A stretch of DNA of 62,484 nucleotides, the filler included, from Squatina squatina (taxonomy: Eukaryota), in NCBI GenBank assembly GCA_031763465.1. It is 3 parts of 3 records of this genome, joined end to end, with 100 filler letters (N's around TTAATTAATTAA, not from the genome) between each part and the next. Parts side by side here need not be neighbours in the genome. Positions count along the whole stretch, not along the records: positions 1 to 28,100 come from JARFOE010000203.1; 2 more parts are not named here. The stretch is one strand, 5' to 3'. A program made the position numbers and the translations under genes. The notes beneath the pieces are model-generated. The model ran no database searches. It saw only the letters and a list, made by a program, of their open reading frames with translations, and was not told the DNA's origin. Of the stretch, positions 14,305 to 26,507 are shown one piece after another. Each line of letters opens with the position of its first letter. Position 1 is the first letter of the stretch.

Positions 14305-14991
14305 AATGGAATTGGACATTGCTTCTTCAGTTGATTTCTTGAATTCTTTCATTCTGATGTAATGAGCATCGTGTTTATATTCTTAGCCTGTAGTGTATGT
14401 ACAGGTTTCCTGTGCCATTGCTTCAGTAAGCTTGGGTACCATCTTTTACACTGCATGCTATTGTATCATATAGCAGGCGTTTTAGCATGTAATTACAGAG
14501 AACTATGGAGCATGGTTTATATTTCATTGTTTAGACTAAAGTTATATTCAGTGAGAGACAATGCTATTACTGTTTCTAATGGTGTTCTGTTTTCGTGTAA
14601 TTAACAGCTGGTTGTGCAATATATATTTTAAATTATAAATATATATATATATGCATTTTCTAGCTTTCAGATATGGGAAACCATTAGTTTTGTAATTTGA
14701 ATTCNNNNNNNNNNNNNNNNNNNNNNNNNNNNNNNNNNNNNNNNNNNNNNNNNNNNNNNNNNNNNNNNNNNNNNNNNNNNNNNNNNNNNNNNNNNNNNNN
14801 NNNNGTTTGTTTGTTGTTGCCAACAGATGCGGAGTGGGATCGGTTGGACTGAATAAGACGACCAACAGTTGATTCGGTGACTTGCACCTGTCCGTCTGGT
14901 TGCCCCATCAGTGGAGATATTTGTCCAAAACCAGCTCGACATCTCACACACACCTGTTCCACCAGCATCTATCTGCAACTTGCATAAATAG

Positions 14992-15026
14992 AGATATATA
15001 TATATATATATATAATATATATATAC
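14992..15026. repeat. (TA)n microsatellite
   Basis: Seen directly. Confidence 0.9.
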
Positions 15027-15338
15027 ACACAAGCATATGAATGTTCATGCCCATCAGCCGGTGATAACCCTTAATGACAAGTAATATTTGATAGAAAATA
15101 TTCACTGAAGCTAATTGAGATATTGTTACAATGTTTATCTTTGAGTGACAATAATGGCACAAGTGAGCTCTGCTGTCGTGTGATCATCCAATGCCAAATA
15201 TTTTAAAGCCGTCCTTTTTTTTCAATAACTTTTGAGACACTCTTGCCTTGGTGTCCATGTGAGCAGCCAGTACTGGTACACTGTGCACTCTACGGTAACT
15301 GTTTTAAAAATCTAAAACAACCAATTTGATCAGCATGT

Positions 15339-16006
15339 TTATTGGCTGCCTGCTAACCATGGATGGAAGCAAACCTCCTGGATAGGAGGTCTTAGGCTGC
15401 AGTCGGGTTCAAGCAACCTTCCGACCAGATCTCGACACTCTCGGGTCAGTTCCAAGTGCTGTGGGAACGCCACCCCGTTCTGCTGTAGCCACAACATCTT
15501 GGGGATGTTGGAGTCATCGAAAGGCAGGTGCCCGCACAGCATGATGTACAGCACGATGCCCATACTCCAGATGTCGCTCTTGATGCTTTCGTGCGGGACT
15601 CCCTGCAGAACCTCGGGCGCCGCGTACGCCGTGCTCCCACAGAACGTTTTGCTCAATTCAGCCGTACCGGTCCGGAAATTCTTAGCGAAGCCGAAATCTG
15701 CCAGCTTTACGTTGAAGCTTTTATCCAGTAGCGTGTTCTCACACTTGAGGTCCCTGTGGGCGATGCCACAGTCGTGACAGTAGCGAATGGCTGCGACCAG
15801 CTGACGGAACAAGGTTTTGGCGAGTTCTTCGGGCAAGGGCCCTTCTCTTTTGATGTACTCGAGAACGTCTCCTCCTTCCGCCAGCTCCATGATTATACAA
15901 ATCTTGCCATCGTCCGATTCCCAAATGTTATGAACCTTAATGATATTTTTGTGATCCAAGCTCTGGACTATTTGGAGCTCTCGCGGGAGAAATTTGTGGA
16001 TGAAAT
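15339..16006 (-). CDS. TSSK3: Testis-specific serine/threonine kinase 3, exon 2 (most of the kinase domain)
   Basis: Acceptor ttttccatttccag| then FIHKFLPRELQIV...HRDLKCEN...DFGFAK...TFCGSTAYAAPEVLQG...IPKMLW...HPWLAGSQ*. Intron position and flanking genes fit TSSK3. Exon 1 not found, probably in the gap at 16416-16515. Confidence 0.93.
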
Positions 16007-16778
16007 CTGGAAATGGAAAATGCATTGAATATTTATATGTCCTTTGTCCTACGGGATGAACATGTTCTTTTTTTAAAAAAAAAACAATTGAATTGAACAG
16101 ACAGGCATTCACCTGAGCACCAGATATAAAAACACTTCAGTTATTGATCCCCTCCCCTCGCAAACTGCACATTCCAAAACATGAGCGCACCATTCATCTT
16201 CTAAATGAAAATATTGGAACAATCAGAGTTAGTATTCCTGCCTGAGCGTGGGCTGGAGCAGAATTCCATTCAAAGCCGTGGGAATAAAACAGCAGTCGGT
16301 GTAGGTGTCAGTGTCGGTGATTAAATCACCTTTGGATTTCGCAAACCCACCTTGAAGCGATGGTGTCCTGGGTCAGCAGCCGCCTTGTCTCCGGGGGGGA
16401 GGAGGTGGGGCAGAGNNNNNNNNNNNNNNNNNNNNNNNNNNNNNNNNNNNNNNNNNNNNNNNNNNNNNNNNNNNNNNNNNNNNNNNNNNNNNNNNNNNNN
16501 NNNNNNNNNNNNNNNAGTTCTCCATTGAATATTCTATTCACATACAAGATGATAACGACAATTTGAAACAGGCATTGATTTTGTGAACCTGAGCAATGGT
16601 GATTATTCTATGTATTGGGGAGTTTTCACACCCTTACAAAGATTGCTCTCGGTCTAAAATTTATTGTGATTATTGTAGCTGTGAAGTCACTAACAATAGT
16701 TCTCCTTTACACTGGACCTAGCGTCTGCACGCAATTAATCGAAGTATTTTTAACCGAGATTTATCTTTCATTACACAG

Positions 16779-16881
16779 ACAGCTGAGAAGATGTCCAGGT
16801 AGTCACTGCTTGACTATTCCTCACGTTTCCATCGACGTTTATATTGCAATGGACAGGAATCCTCCGACACGTGCAACATAA
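16779..16881 (+). CDS. FAM229A: FAM229 family protein, final coding exon
   Basis: ttacacag|A QLRRCPGSHCLTIPHVSIDVYIAMDRNPPTRAT*; RRCPGxHCLT is the FAM229 signature. The RAT C-terminus and position next to TSSK3 favour FAM229A. AATAAA at 16983-16988. Confidence 0.88.
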
Positions 16882-17478
16882 TCAGCCACTAAAGTATTAG
16901 TATAAATGTGAGAATATGGGAGCAGGTAGTGGAAGACTAGGGTATTGTGGTGGCTGCCTAAGAAAATGTCTCTGTACAATGCAATAAAAATAGTCTTCAA
17001 ATACCACTCACGCATCTTTTAAGTTCTTATTGGCTTAAGTTTTGCTTTTTCCGGCCCCCAACCAGCGACATTTCTCAATAATATTTTCATCATAAAAATA
17101 GTAATTACCTCAGGGTTTGACTTTGATTCAAAATTACATTTATAATTAAAGTTTCCAGGGGACCTCTATTCGTCTCAACCTTTCAGGGTTTCACAAAATA
17201 ATGGGCGGCAATTTGCGGCCCCTACGGGCGTGCGCGAGGTGCGCTTGCAACCGCAGGGACCGCGGAAGTTCCAGCTTTAGGCCTGCGCTAAAACACGGAA
17301 CTTGCAATCTGTCAAGAATCTTCTTCCCAATGCATTCCCGGGAAAAGGGCCTCCGCGGGCGGCGAGTTGGGCGCTTTGNNNNNNNNNNNNNNNNNNNNNN
17401 NNNNNNNNNNNNNNNNNNNNNNNNNNNNNNNNNNNNNNNNNNNNNNNNNNNNNNNNNNNNNNNNNNNNNNNNNNNNNN

Positions 17479-17727
17479 ACATTTAGGCCAGACCAGTTAA
17501 GAACAGCAGATTCCCTTCCCTAAAGGGCATTAGTGAACCAGATGGGTTTTTACAACAGTTTTATGGTCACCCTTACTGATACTAGTTTTTTGTGTATTCC
17601 AGATTTATTTAATTAACTGAATTTAAATTCCTCAGCTGCTATGGTGGGATTTGAACTCATGTCTTTGGATCATTTGTCCAGGCCTCAGGATTACGAGTCC
17701 AGTAACACAACCACTATGCTACTGTAT
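17479..17727 (-). mobile_element. tRNA-derived SINE, second family (MER131/MetaSINE-like core)
   Basis: ttccctaaagggcattagtgaaccagatgggtttttac is shared with 20410-21005 and 21140-21375. Confidence 0.65.
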
Positions 17728-17954
17728 CCCTTTTGGCAGTGACTCCGGGGATCCACTAACCAACTTAGCATCCGATGGTGCTCAGGCTTGGTCTGAGTGC
17801 CCACATGCCATATTAGACCCTTCACCACCTATTTTTCACCCGAGAAACAGGCATTGTGCGGTCCAATATCTAGGCCACTGTCTTAAAAGTTCTAAAATCA
17901 AGGCACCTTTCATAGAATGTGAATGAACAGTTAGTAAATACTCCAACATGGCAG

Positions 17955-18210
17955 AGAGGTGCACACTCAGAGGGTGGTGGGGTCTGGAACTCACTGCCTG
18001 AAAGGGCAGTTGAGGCAGAAACCCTCATTGCATTTAAAAAGTACTTGGATGTGCACTTGAAGTGACGAAACCTACAGGGCTACGGACCAAGAGCTGGACA
18101 GTGGGATTAGGCTGGAGAGCTCGTTTTTGACCGGTGCGGTCACGATGGGTCAAATGGCCTCCTTCCATGCTGTTAATTTCTATGATTCTATGAGCCTATG
18201 ATTCTATGAC
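17955..18210 (+). mobile_element. CR1 LINE 3' end
   Basis: cactcagagggtggtgggg tctggaactcactgcctgaaagggc... followed by a (TTCTATGA)n tail. Confidence 0.85.
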
Positions 18211-19857
18211 TCTGCACTGACTGTAATGTGCAAAATGTTGGATATTGGCACCTTTTAAACTGCTCCAGGAATTGAAAATTTTGACCAACCCACAGGCCCC
18301 CAAAATAAATAAATAATATAAATCAGTCTGACAGATATATCAATAATATAAAGCTGAGACTCTCTGCCATCACAGCAAATGTGGCTCTAGCTTCAGCTAA
18401 ACTAAATTCCCCCTAGCCGTAAAGGGCAAGCAGCACTAAATGTCACATCAAATAAGCAGAAACACATTTACCAAGGCAAACGCTGTCTACCATGGGCGGC
18501 AGGGCAAAGCAGCATTTGCTATTCCTGGCCTCATCTGTGAGTAACCTCAATAAAAAGGGACAAGGCTTGGGAACAGAGTGAACATTTTATATGAATCCTA
18601 AATTATTTATCTTCCGAATTTGGGAAGAAGATCTTGTCTGTGTGTGTTGGCCAGACATGCTCAACCTGACAGAAAGAACTCAGGAACTTTGGTTAATCTC
18701 CAACTAAACTTTAGATTAACTTGTTATTAACTTTAAACCTTTCCACCGTTTCTTCCTAAATTCACTATTGACACTTCAATGAGTTCTGTCCTTCTCATCA
18801 CCTCTTGGTCTGGTTTTAATTTTAATTAAAAAGACATGTATCGGAATTAGGAATCTACTCGTGTGTCACCACAATCACTGGGNNNNNNNNNNNNNNNNNN
18901 NNNNNNNNNNNNNNNNNNNNNNNNNNNNNNNNNNNNNNNNNNNNNNNNNNNNNNNNNNNNNNNNNNNNNNNNNNNNNNNNNNTTTATATAGCGCCTTTCA
19001 CAACCTCAGGACGTCTCAAAGTGCTTTACAGCCAATGAAGTACTTTTGAAGTATAGTCACTGTGGCAATGATTCATGCAGCGTCCTATTACAAATTAATT
19101 TTGGATCAGAAAGCACTCTGATTACACTCCAGACTGTAATTGCCAGCCCATTATTCCCACCGTATCTCTGATATAAAATGCATTCCTTATGGCTCAGTCC
19201 CTAATTCAGAAATCATACAAGACCAAGAAATTCTGAAGCACTTTCTGTACAGTTCCCGAGGAACACCATAGAGAGCCATGTTTGTAAATGGAGCTTTTGT
19301 GATATCATCTGTTGCAATTAGAAATATGCAAAGGTTCCTTGGGGGCAGTTGCTCTTTATACTCGAAAGACAGTTTTGGGGCTAAAGTTATTCCATTCTTT
19401 GAGAAATGTAACAGACTGCCTGTTCTGTGGCCAAAAGTCAAAATTAATGGAATTCAATTAACACTGGATTTTTTTCAAAGGACATGTCATGCATCTTCTG
19501 TCCATTGTTCTTGGTCGACAGTCAGGTCCTGTTAAATGAATAACCCATCTGGGGCAATGTTACAATCGCCTAATAATGATTCACAGTGGATAAGCCAGTC
19601 GGAACTTTCTACCGCATGTGAGGGTGTGGGGTGGGGAGGGGTAGGGGGAAACTTCCATCACAAAAGAAAAAAAATGGCCAATTCTAATCAGCTTTCTACT
19701 GTTTGAATATTTTAAGGTTATCGTGTGAGCCAAACAGGATGGTGTCGGGCTCAGCTCCCAGCTGTCTTGGGTTAGTTTGCCTAAGCAAGGATAGCAATTC
19801 ATTGAAACTACAGCAGGGGAAGAGGAAGTTGTGCCAGTGCTAGTTAGCAAAGAAATA

Positions 19858-20230
19858 ATTTGCATTTATGTACCATCCTACACATCCGCAGGATGTCCCA
19901 AAGCACTTCACAGCCGATGAATTATTTTGCAAGTGCAGCTAATGTTGTAGAGACAAATGCTGATTCTGCACAGCAAGAGCCGCAGACAGCAAATTGAGGC
20001 AAATGACCAGTTAGCCTGTTTTGGTGATGCTGCTTCAGGGAAGAATATTGGCCAGGACACTGGGAAAACTCTCTGCTCTTCTTTGAATAGTCTCATTAGC
20101 TCTTTACAGGCAGTTGGGGGCCTCAATTACAGCTTACCCAAAAGACGGCATCTCCAACAACACTGCATTTGTCAGCACTGCACTGCGGTGTTGACCTAGT
20201 TTATGTGCTCAAGCCCTGGGGTGGGACTTA
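19858..20230 (-). mobile_element. SacSINE1/DeuSINE-like SINE, degenerate
   Basis: Reverse complement aligns by eye to 55367-55784. Confidence 0.75.
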
Positions 20231-20409
20231 AAAATAAAACTCAATGACAAAAGTACAACAACTGAGCATGTGGATGATGTGTCGAAGGGCCTTCTTCTGT
20301 GTTGTTATTTCCTTGATTTTACACTTCAGCTAGCACTGTCTATTCTAATTCCTTTCCCTGTATCCTTTTATATTTGTCTCTTTCAAATATTTATCCATGC
20401 TTAAATATT

Positions 20410-21005
20410 TTTATTAATTCATGGGATGTGGGCGTCGCTGGCAAGGTCAGCATTTATTGTCCATCTCTGATTGCCCTTGAGAAGGTGGTGCTGAGCTGCC
20501 GCCTTGAATACAACGGAGTGGCTTGCTAGGTAGGACCAGATCGCAAGAGTCCCAAACTGGGACAGTCAGGCTGCGCATGCACGTCCCGGTCTCCACCAGG
20601 GGCTCCGTTCTTCGGCGGAACTGCGCATGCGCAGTCGAGTGGGCACGAAAAACCGGAACATTTCAGCACTTTTGAGGTAAGTGTCGGGACACCGGGACGC
20701 TTCCTCAAAAACCGGACTGTCCCAGCAAAACCGGGACGTCTAGTCACCCTATTGCTTGGCCATTTCAGAGGGGCAGTTAAGAGTTAACCACATTGCTGTG
20801 GGTCTGGAGTCACATAGAGGCCAGACCGGGTAAGATATCCTGCCCAAAAGGCAATCAGTGAGCCAGTCGGGTTATTAAGACAGTCCAACATTCAGCTTGC
20901 AATCTCCAGATTTTTTAAACGGAATTCAAATTCTCAAACTGCCCTGGTGGGCTTTGCACTCCAGTTCTCTTGATTACTAAACCAGTAACAGAACCTCTAC
21001 GCCAC
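20410..21005 (-). mobile_element. tRNA-derived SINE (second family) interrupted by an hAT MITE
   Basis: LINE-like tail at 20410-20510, core at 20760-20880, head near 21000. Confidence 0.7.
20531..20751. mobile_element. hAT (Blackjack-like) MITE with 8-bp TSD
   Basis: Ends tagg..accaga / tctagtcacccta; flanks TTGCTAGG (20523-20530) and TTGCTTGG (20752-20759). Confidence 0.8.
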
Positions 21006-21139
21006 TGGACCCAGGGACAAGTGTCTTTATGCGTATCATCTTCTATGTCGGGAGAATTGAAGGTATCGAGATTCTCTGGAAGAAGCCTAATGATGATGGT
21101 TATGGGAAGGGACGAGCATTCCAGAAGTTGTGAGTGGAA

Positions 21140-21375
21140 TACCACCAGTTGTGGAATTTAACTCAATAAATCTGGAAGTTGATAGGCTGGCACTGGATAA
21201 AATTCTGCCGGATTGATGTGAAAACCCAACTTGTTCATTAATGTCCTTTGGAGAAAGCAACTTCCCACCCTACTCGGTCTGGCCCCACACGTGACTCCAG
21301 TCCCACACTATATGGTTGACCTGTAGTGCACCTCGGGATGGGCGACCTTGTCAGTGTCGTCCACATCCCAAGTGG
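21140..21375 (+). mobile_element. SINE (second family), degenerate plus-strand copy
   Basis: aaaacccaacttgttcattaatgtccttt...ggtctggccccacacgtgactccagtcccaca. Confidence 0.6.
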
Positions 21376-21485
21376 AAGGTGGGAANNNNNNNNNNNNNNN
21401 NNNNNNNNNNNNNNNNNNNNNNNNNNNNNNNNNNNNNNNNNNNNNNNNNNNNNNNNNNNNNNNNNNNNNNNNNNNNNNNNNNNNN

Positions 21486-21712
21486 TATTCCCTTCATTAT
21501 CTTATAAACCTCAATCAGATCACCGAAAAGTCGACGCTTCTCTAAAGTGTAGAGTCCCAACTCTTTCACCCTATCTTGATAACTAAGGTGCTTTAAACTG
21601 GGAATTAGTGTAGCTGCCCTCCTCTCCACACCCTCCAAAGCCTCAATATCACCCACCATGTGAGGAGACCAAAACTGGGCACAGTATTCCAAATGTGGCC
21701 TGACCAAGGTCT
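21486..21712 (-). mobile_element. CR1 LINE ORF2 C-terminal fragment
   Basis: LVRPHLEYCAQFWSPHMVGDIEALEGVERRAATLIP...LGLYTLEKRRLFGDLIEVYKIMKGI. Confidence 0.92.
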
Positions 21713-24700
21713 TAGTTCAGCACAGACGAGGGATCAAACCTGGGGTACTGCTGGACTGTATGGCACCTGTGCCACACCAGGCCATGCCATCTACCCAACT
21801 GGGGCTTGTAAGCAACCTCCTACATGGACATACAAGTGGACTATAGGCTTATACAGATAAACTTAAGGACAGGGACTGCACTTATGAAAAAATATCANNN
21901 NNNNNNNCAGTAGTTTTGGTGGGACCTGATTGTATATATGATGGAGCACGCCAAACCTAGGGCTCCATCTCCCTCACCCATACTGTGCGCTGCGAGTACT
22001 TATGCTTATGTACGTAGCACAGCCATGAATTTTATTTGCTTGAACAAATCACTTTTAATGTAATATTAAGCATCATACCTTAAATGTAGAGATATGACTT
22101 CCCACAAACATATACCCAGTCTTCTAAAGTACTGAAAGCTAACTGATCTGCAAGTCACTGGTGCTATTGTCACACAAAAACAGCATAACCGTAAAGCTCC
22201 TGCAAGATATAATGGTGTGCTTCATATCCAGATGGTCATAGGCTCAAATCCCAGGCTGATTGACTAACATTTGGCTCCACCTGCAGCGTTGGAAAATTCT
22301 ATTCCCCAACTAGCTGACGAGGGTTCCTCCCGAGCTTGGGCTGAGCTGAAAAACAAAGCCATCACAGCCAGCTTGCAGATGACATCAGCGTGTTTATCTT
22401 TCCATCTCTAATCCTCCATTGTTTTTATGTCTGCTTTCAGGTTGCATCAGAGCTTGAGTGCCCCGCTGCAAGGCCCCTTCCTCGCCTGGTGAGCTCCCCA
22501 CCTTCTCCCAGACAAGAGCGGCTTGGCAAGCAGAGAGTAACTTTTAAATGACGAGCATTCTGCTGTCCGCTGCCCATATCGTTCGGGATTTGTATTAGTT
22601 CTAGGATGGGCTTTGAAATTAAATCCAGCCNNNNNNNNNNNNNNNNNNNNNNNNNNNNNNNNNNNNNNNNNNNNNNNNNNNNNNNNNNNNNNNNNNNNNN
22701 NNNNNNNNNNNNNNNNNNNNNNNNNNNNNNAACGCAGCTTCCTTTGGTTAAATACACGCCAATGGCAATTAAATACTCGATTAAGGAAATGTCTGTCAGA
22801 TTAATGTGATTGAGATTTTTGTAATGATTATTTTAAAAAGTCTCCAAAAATATAACTGACACTGTGAAAGGTTAATTGTGTAACTGAACACCGGTGAACA
22901 ATGAATTCAATCAAACAGACCTTTGAAGATTGACATTTTTAAAGACAGCAATATTTATATATAGATATAATATATATAGATATAATATATACATATATAC
23001 ATCCAAAGGAAATAGCCTGGAGGTAATTAAGCCTGCCAAATTTAGCAATATTGTTACAAATAAGACTGTTTTTTCAGTTGCTTTGCTTGCCTTTATTGCG
23101 ATGGCCTTAGTCTGGAACCCAGCAGTCTCCGTTACACAGATGGTGCAAATGTAACCCACATGATACAAGCTCACCACAAAATTGCCCTATTGTTGCCACT
23201 GACACATGGGCATGACTGCTGCCAATGAAATAAAGTAGCTACACATGCACAGTTCCAGTGGGATTTTTTGGTTGTTCTTGCCGGACTTCCCACAGTTTGG
23301 GGGAGAGAAAGGAGGGGAGGGGGCAGAGAAAAGAGATCACTGCTGTGGAACTGGGCAGCAAATTGCTTTTTCTTTTAATTCGTTCCTAGGATGTGGGTAT
23401 CGCTGGCAAGGCCCGCCCTTGAGAAGGTGGTGAGCCACCTTCTTGAACTTGAACCGCTNNNNNNNNNNNNNNNNNNNNNNNNNNNNNNNNNNNNNNNNNN
23501 NNNNNNNNNNNNNNNNNNNNNNNNNNNNNNNNNNNNNNNNNNNNNNNNNNNNNNNNNNCTGTTGAAGTTCAGGTGGAAAGATTACCCATGGGCTAAAGCG
23601 TCGAGTGTGGTTGGCATCTGTGGAGCTGTATCCCAGCACGGATCCTTGCCTTCTGGCGAGAAGAAATAAACTAACAACCACATTAAAAAAATAATTTGGA
23701 AATGTAAGAAAACTAGAGAATAAAACGTCGCCAGCCGCTCTGTGAAGCATGAGGGATGCCATGTTTAATTCTTCACTAATAACGTCGCTCACCTTCTGCC
23801 CAAAATGATTGAACATCGGATTGAAGAAAAAACATTCCATAACAATATCTATCCTTGCTTCAAGCTCCTGCAAATGAATCTTCCTCAAAGCATTTCTTTG
23901 TAATTGTTATCCTCAAGGACCCTTTTTGAATCAGTTCTAATTTTCTGTTGGCCTTGAGTGATAAACTAGGATTCCAGATCTGGCAAGTTTATTCCAGGCA
24001 AAGCCCACTGATGGTTCAGTAAAAATATAACAACTCTGTTGCAGTAACGCCGGCTCCATTTGAGCTGTGGAGATAAGCGAGTCTATTATTTGCTTTCCTG
24101 CACAATGAATTGATACAAGAGTTTCATTTTACTTCATTGGTTGCTGAGAGCTCCAATGTGTTCTAATAATTAACAAGAAATTGCACTTTTGTGAAATGTC
24201 TGAAAAAGACACTTTCTATGCGCTCGCACTAAAATAATAGGACCTGCATTGATGTGCACACTTACTGTAATATTTCCCCGCTTTATAAACTCTCCTAGTT
24301 CAATCTGATCAGAAATGTACACCCCCCTCTATATATTGCGCACTGATTTTTCTAAATTGGCTAACTCCTTACCTTCCTAACTATTTCATGTCATTCATAT
24401 ATTGTGGATATGGCAGGAGTTATCTCCTGTGAGTGATTTTTCAGAAGCTTGTTGATGTTCACTGCCTAAGCTTGTATGTAATAAATAGATACTTCGGGCT
24501 GTCAATGCCCTTCGTGCCTGCCCAAAGCTACCCTTTTATCCCATGTTGATTTTTTACCCATATTCCTTTGTTTCCTTCCATCGAGGTTCATTGGATAACA
24601 ACGAATAAGTGGGAAACCTGGTTGTTTTTATTCCTTCTCACAGCTCAGGTATGCAGTGATTAATTGCAACACCCCATATAAAAGAAAGTTTTGCATTTAT

Positions 24701-26311
24701 ATAACGCCTCTCACAACCACCGGATGTGCTTTCAGCCAATGAAGTACATTTTGGAGTGAAACGTGACAGCCAATTTGTGGACAGCAATGTGATAATGACC
24801 AGAGAATNNNNNNNNNNNNNNNNNNNNNNNNNNNNNNNNNNNNNNNNNNNNNNNNNNNNNNNNNNNNNNNNNNNNNNNNNNNNNNNNNNNNNNNNNNNNN
24901 NNNNNNNGGGCTCCTGCTCCTATTTTCTATTTTTCTATGTTCCCATTTTTAGTCTGATTATAAATATGAATCCAAATCAGGATGATGGCATATTCTCATT
25001 CTCCACTCCCACTGCTGTCAGTACATCTGTTTTCACCTGACAGTACGCTCCTGGAGGGAGCACGTTTCCTCTCCTCGAGATGGTTGGGCATCACGTTCGA
25101 GCACATAGCTTGGCACTTTGCTGCCTGCCAGAATGATTCTATTTTCAATGATCATCAGCCTTGGTTCCTCGTTTCCTTTTTTTTTGCAATGGCAACATTG
25201 CCAAAGTCAGATCACTTGAGGAGGGAGCGCGGTGGAGGGGCAGGTGTTCTTTGGCAAAAAATCACAAATTCCACACAATATCCAAACTCCGGCCTGTTAT
25301 TCCAGGTGTAAAAGGAGGACGGGAGAGTTGGCACTTGTGCATAAATAAATCGATATAAATGAAAAGCAGGATGTTTGTTGGTTCGGTCTGAGAGGTGACA
25401 GGGGTGAATGCAATGGCAGAGAACACATGCAAACTGGTCAGGGGACAGCTGTTTCCTGATTCCAGCAACAGAACCATCAGTCACAATCTCACGGGAATGC
25501 AGAAAAGACAAAGTAACCTCTGTTCTTAAAAAACATGGCATCAGATCAGCTTGTACTGTCACAAGATCCACGTAGACCCCCAGCCCACGTCAGAACACTG
25601 AATCAAACGGCTTCCTTGGCAAATGTTAATTATCAGTTTGTCATACATCCTCCAGAATCCTGGAGTATCAGATTAGTTGATGGAATTTGAAGATCCATTT
25701 GTTCGACTGTTACCAGAGTCATGCGATTCATGTGTAACTTTCACAGGGACCTGGCACTCAATCTGGAAAACAGCTGTTTCCCACAGCATGCCGCGCTGCA
25801 GCACACCAACTCTTTACATTCGGGTGACTGTTTGAAAGAATCAGACTTTATTGCAAAAAGAAGGCGATGGCCAGCCTCAGCTCCCTACAGGCGCTGTAAT
25901 TTACTGCAGCNNNNNNNNNNNNNNNNNNNNNNNNNNNNNNNNNNNNNNNNNNNNNNNNNNNNNNNNNNNNNNNNNNNNNNNNNNNNNNNNNNNNNNNNNN
26001 NNNNNNNNNNACCTGAAACATTAACTGTTTCTCTGTCCTCAGGTCTTGCTTGATCTGCTGAATGCTTTCCAGCATCTTCTGTTTTTATCTGAGAACGGAC
26101 TTGAACAGGGACAGTTGACATCTTTAAGTTGCTGGATCAAATCCATCGATAAGTGGCCAGGGACAGTGTGTGGGAAGGGCTAGAGAGATATTAACTCCAC
26201 AGCTCTATTTTATTCCAGGGGAGTATATGATAGAATCATCGCATATGGGCTGGAGTTTCACATGTTATTGTCATCAAAATCTGATACAAGACAAACATAT
26301 GAAAAGTGGAA

Positions 26312-26507
26312 TAAAAACAGGAAATGCTGGAAACACTCAGCACGTCAGGCAGCATCTGTGGAGAGAGAAAGAGTTCTGACAAGAGCTCACCAACCTGAAA
26401 CGTTAACGGTTTCTCGCTCTACAGATGCTGCCTGACCTGTTGAGTATTTCCAGCATTTTTTGTTTCTATTTCAGATTTCCAGCCTCCACAGTATTTTGCT
26501 TTTGTAC
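26312..26507 (+). mobile_element. Short Penelope-like insertion with inverted 5' arm and 13-bp TSD
   Basis: Arms 26314-26370 and 26410-26467 are reverse complements; flanked by ATGAAAAGTGGAA at 26299-26311 and 26508-26520. Confidence 0.75.

Noticed and set aside
15446-16028. Several overlapping and antisense ORFs within TSSK3
   Set aside because: Shadow frames of a GC-rich coding exon.
16007-16112. N-terminal 35 aa of the 257-aa kinase ORF
   Set aside because: Intron read-through upstream of the acceptor at 16007-16008; lacks the Gly-loop and VAIK motifs.
22441-22551. Possible exon after a strong acceptor (VASELECPAARPLP...)
   Set aside because: No homology to expected neighbours such as MARCKSL1 and no partner exons found.
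23337-23888. 183-aa ORF
   Set aside because: Spans an N gap and ends in a retroposon tail; no homology recognised.
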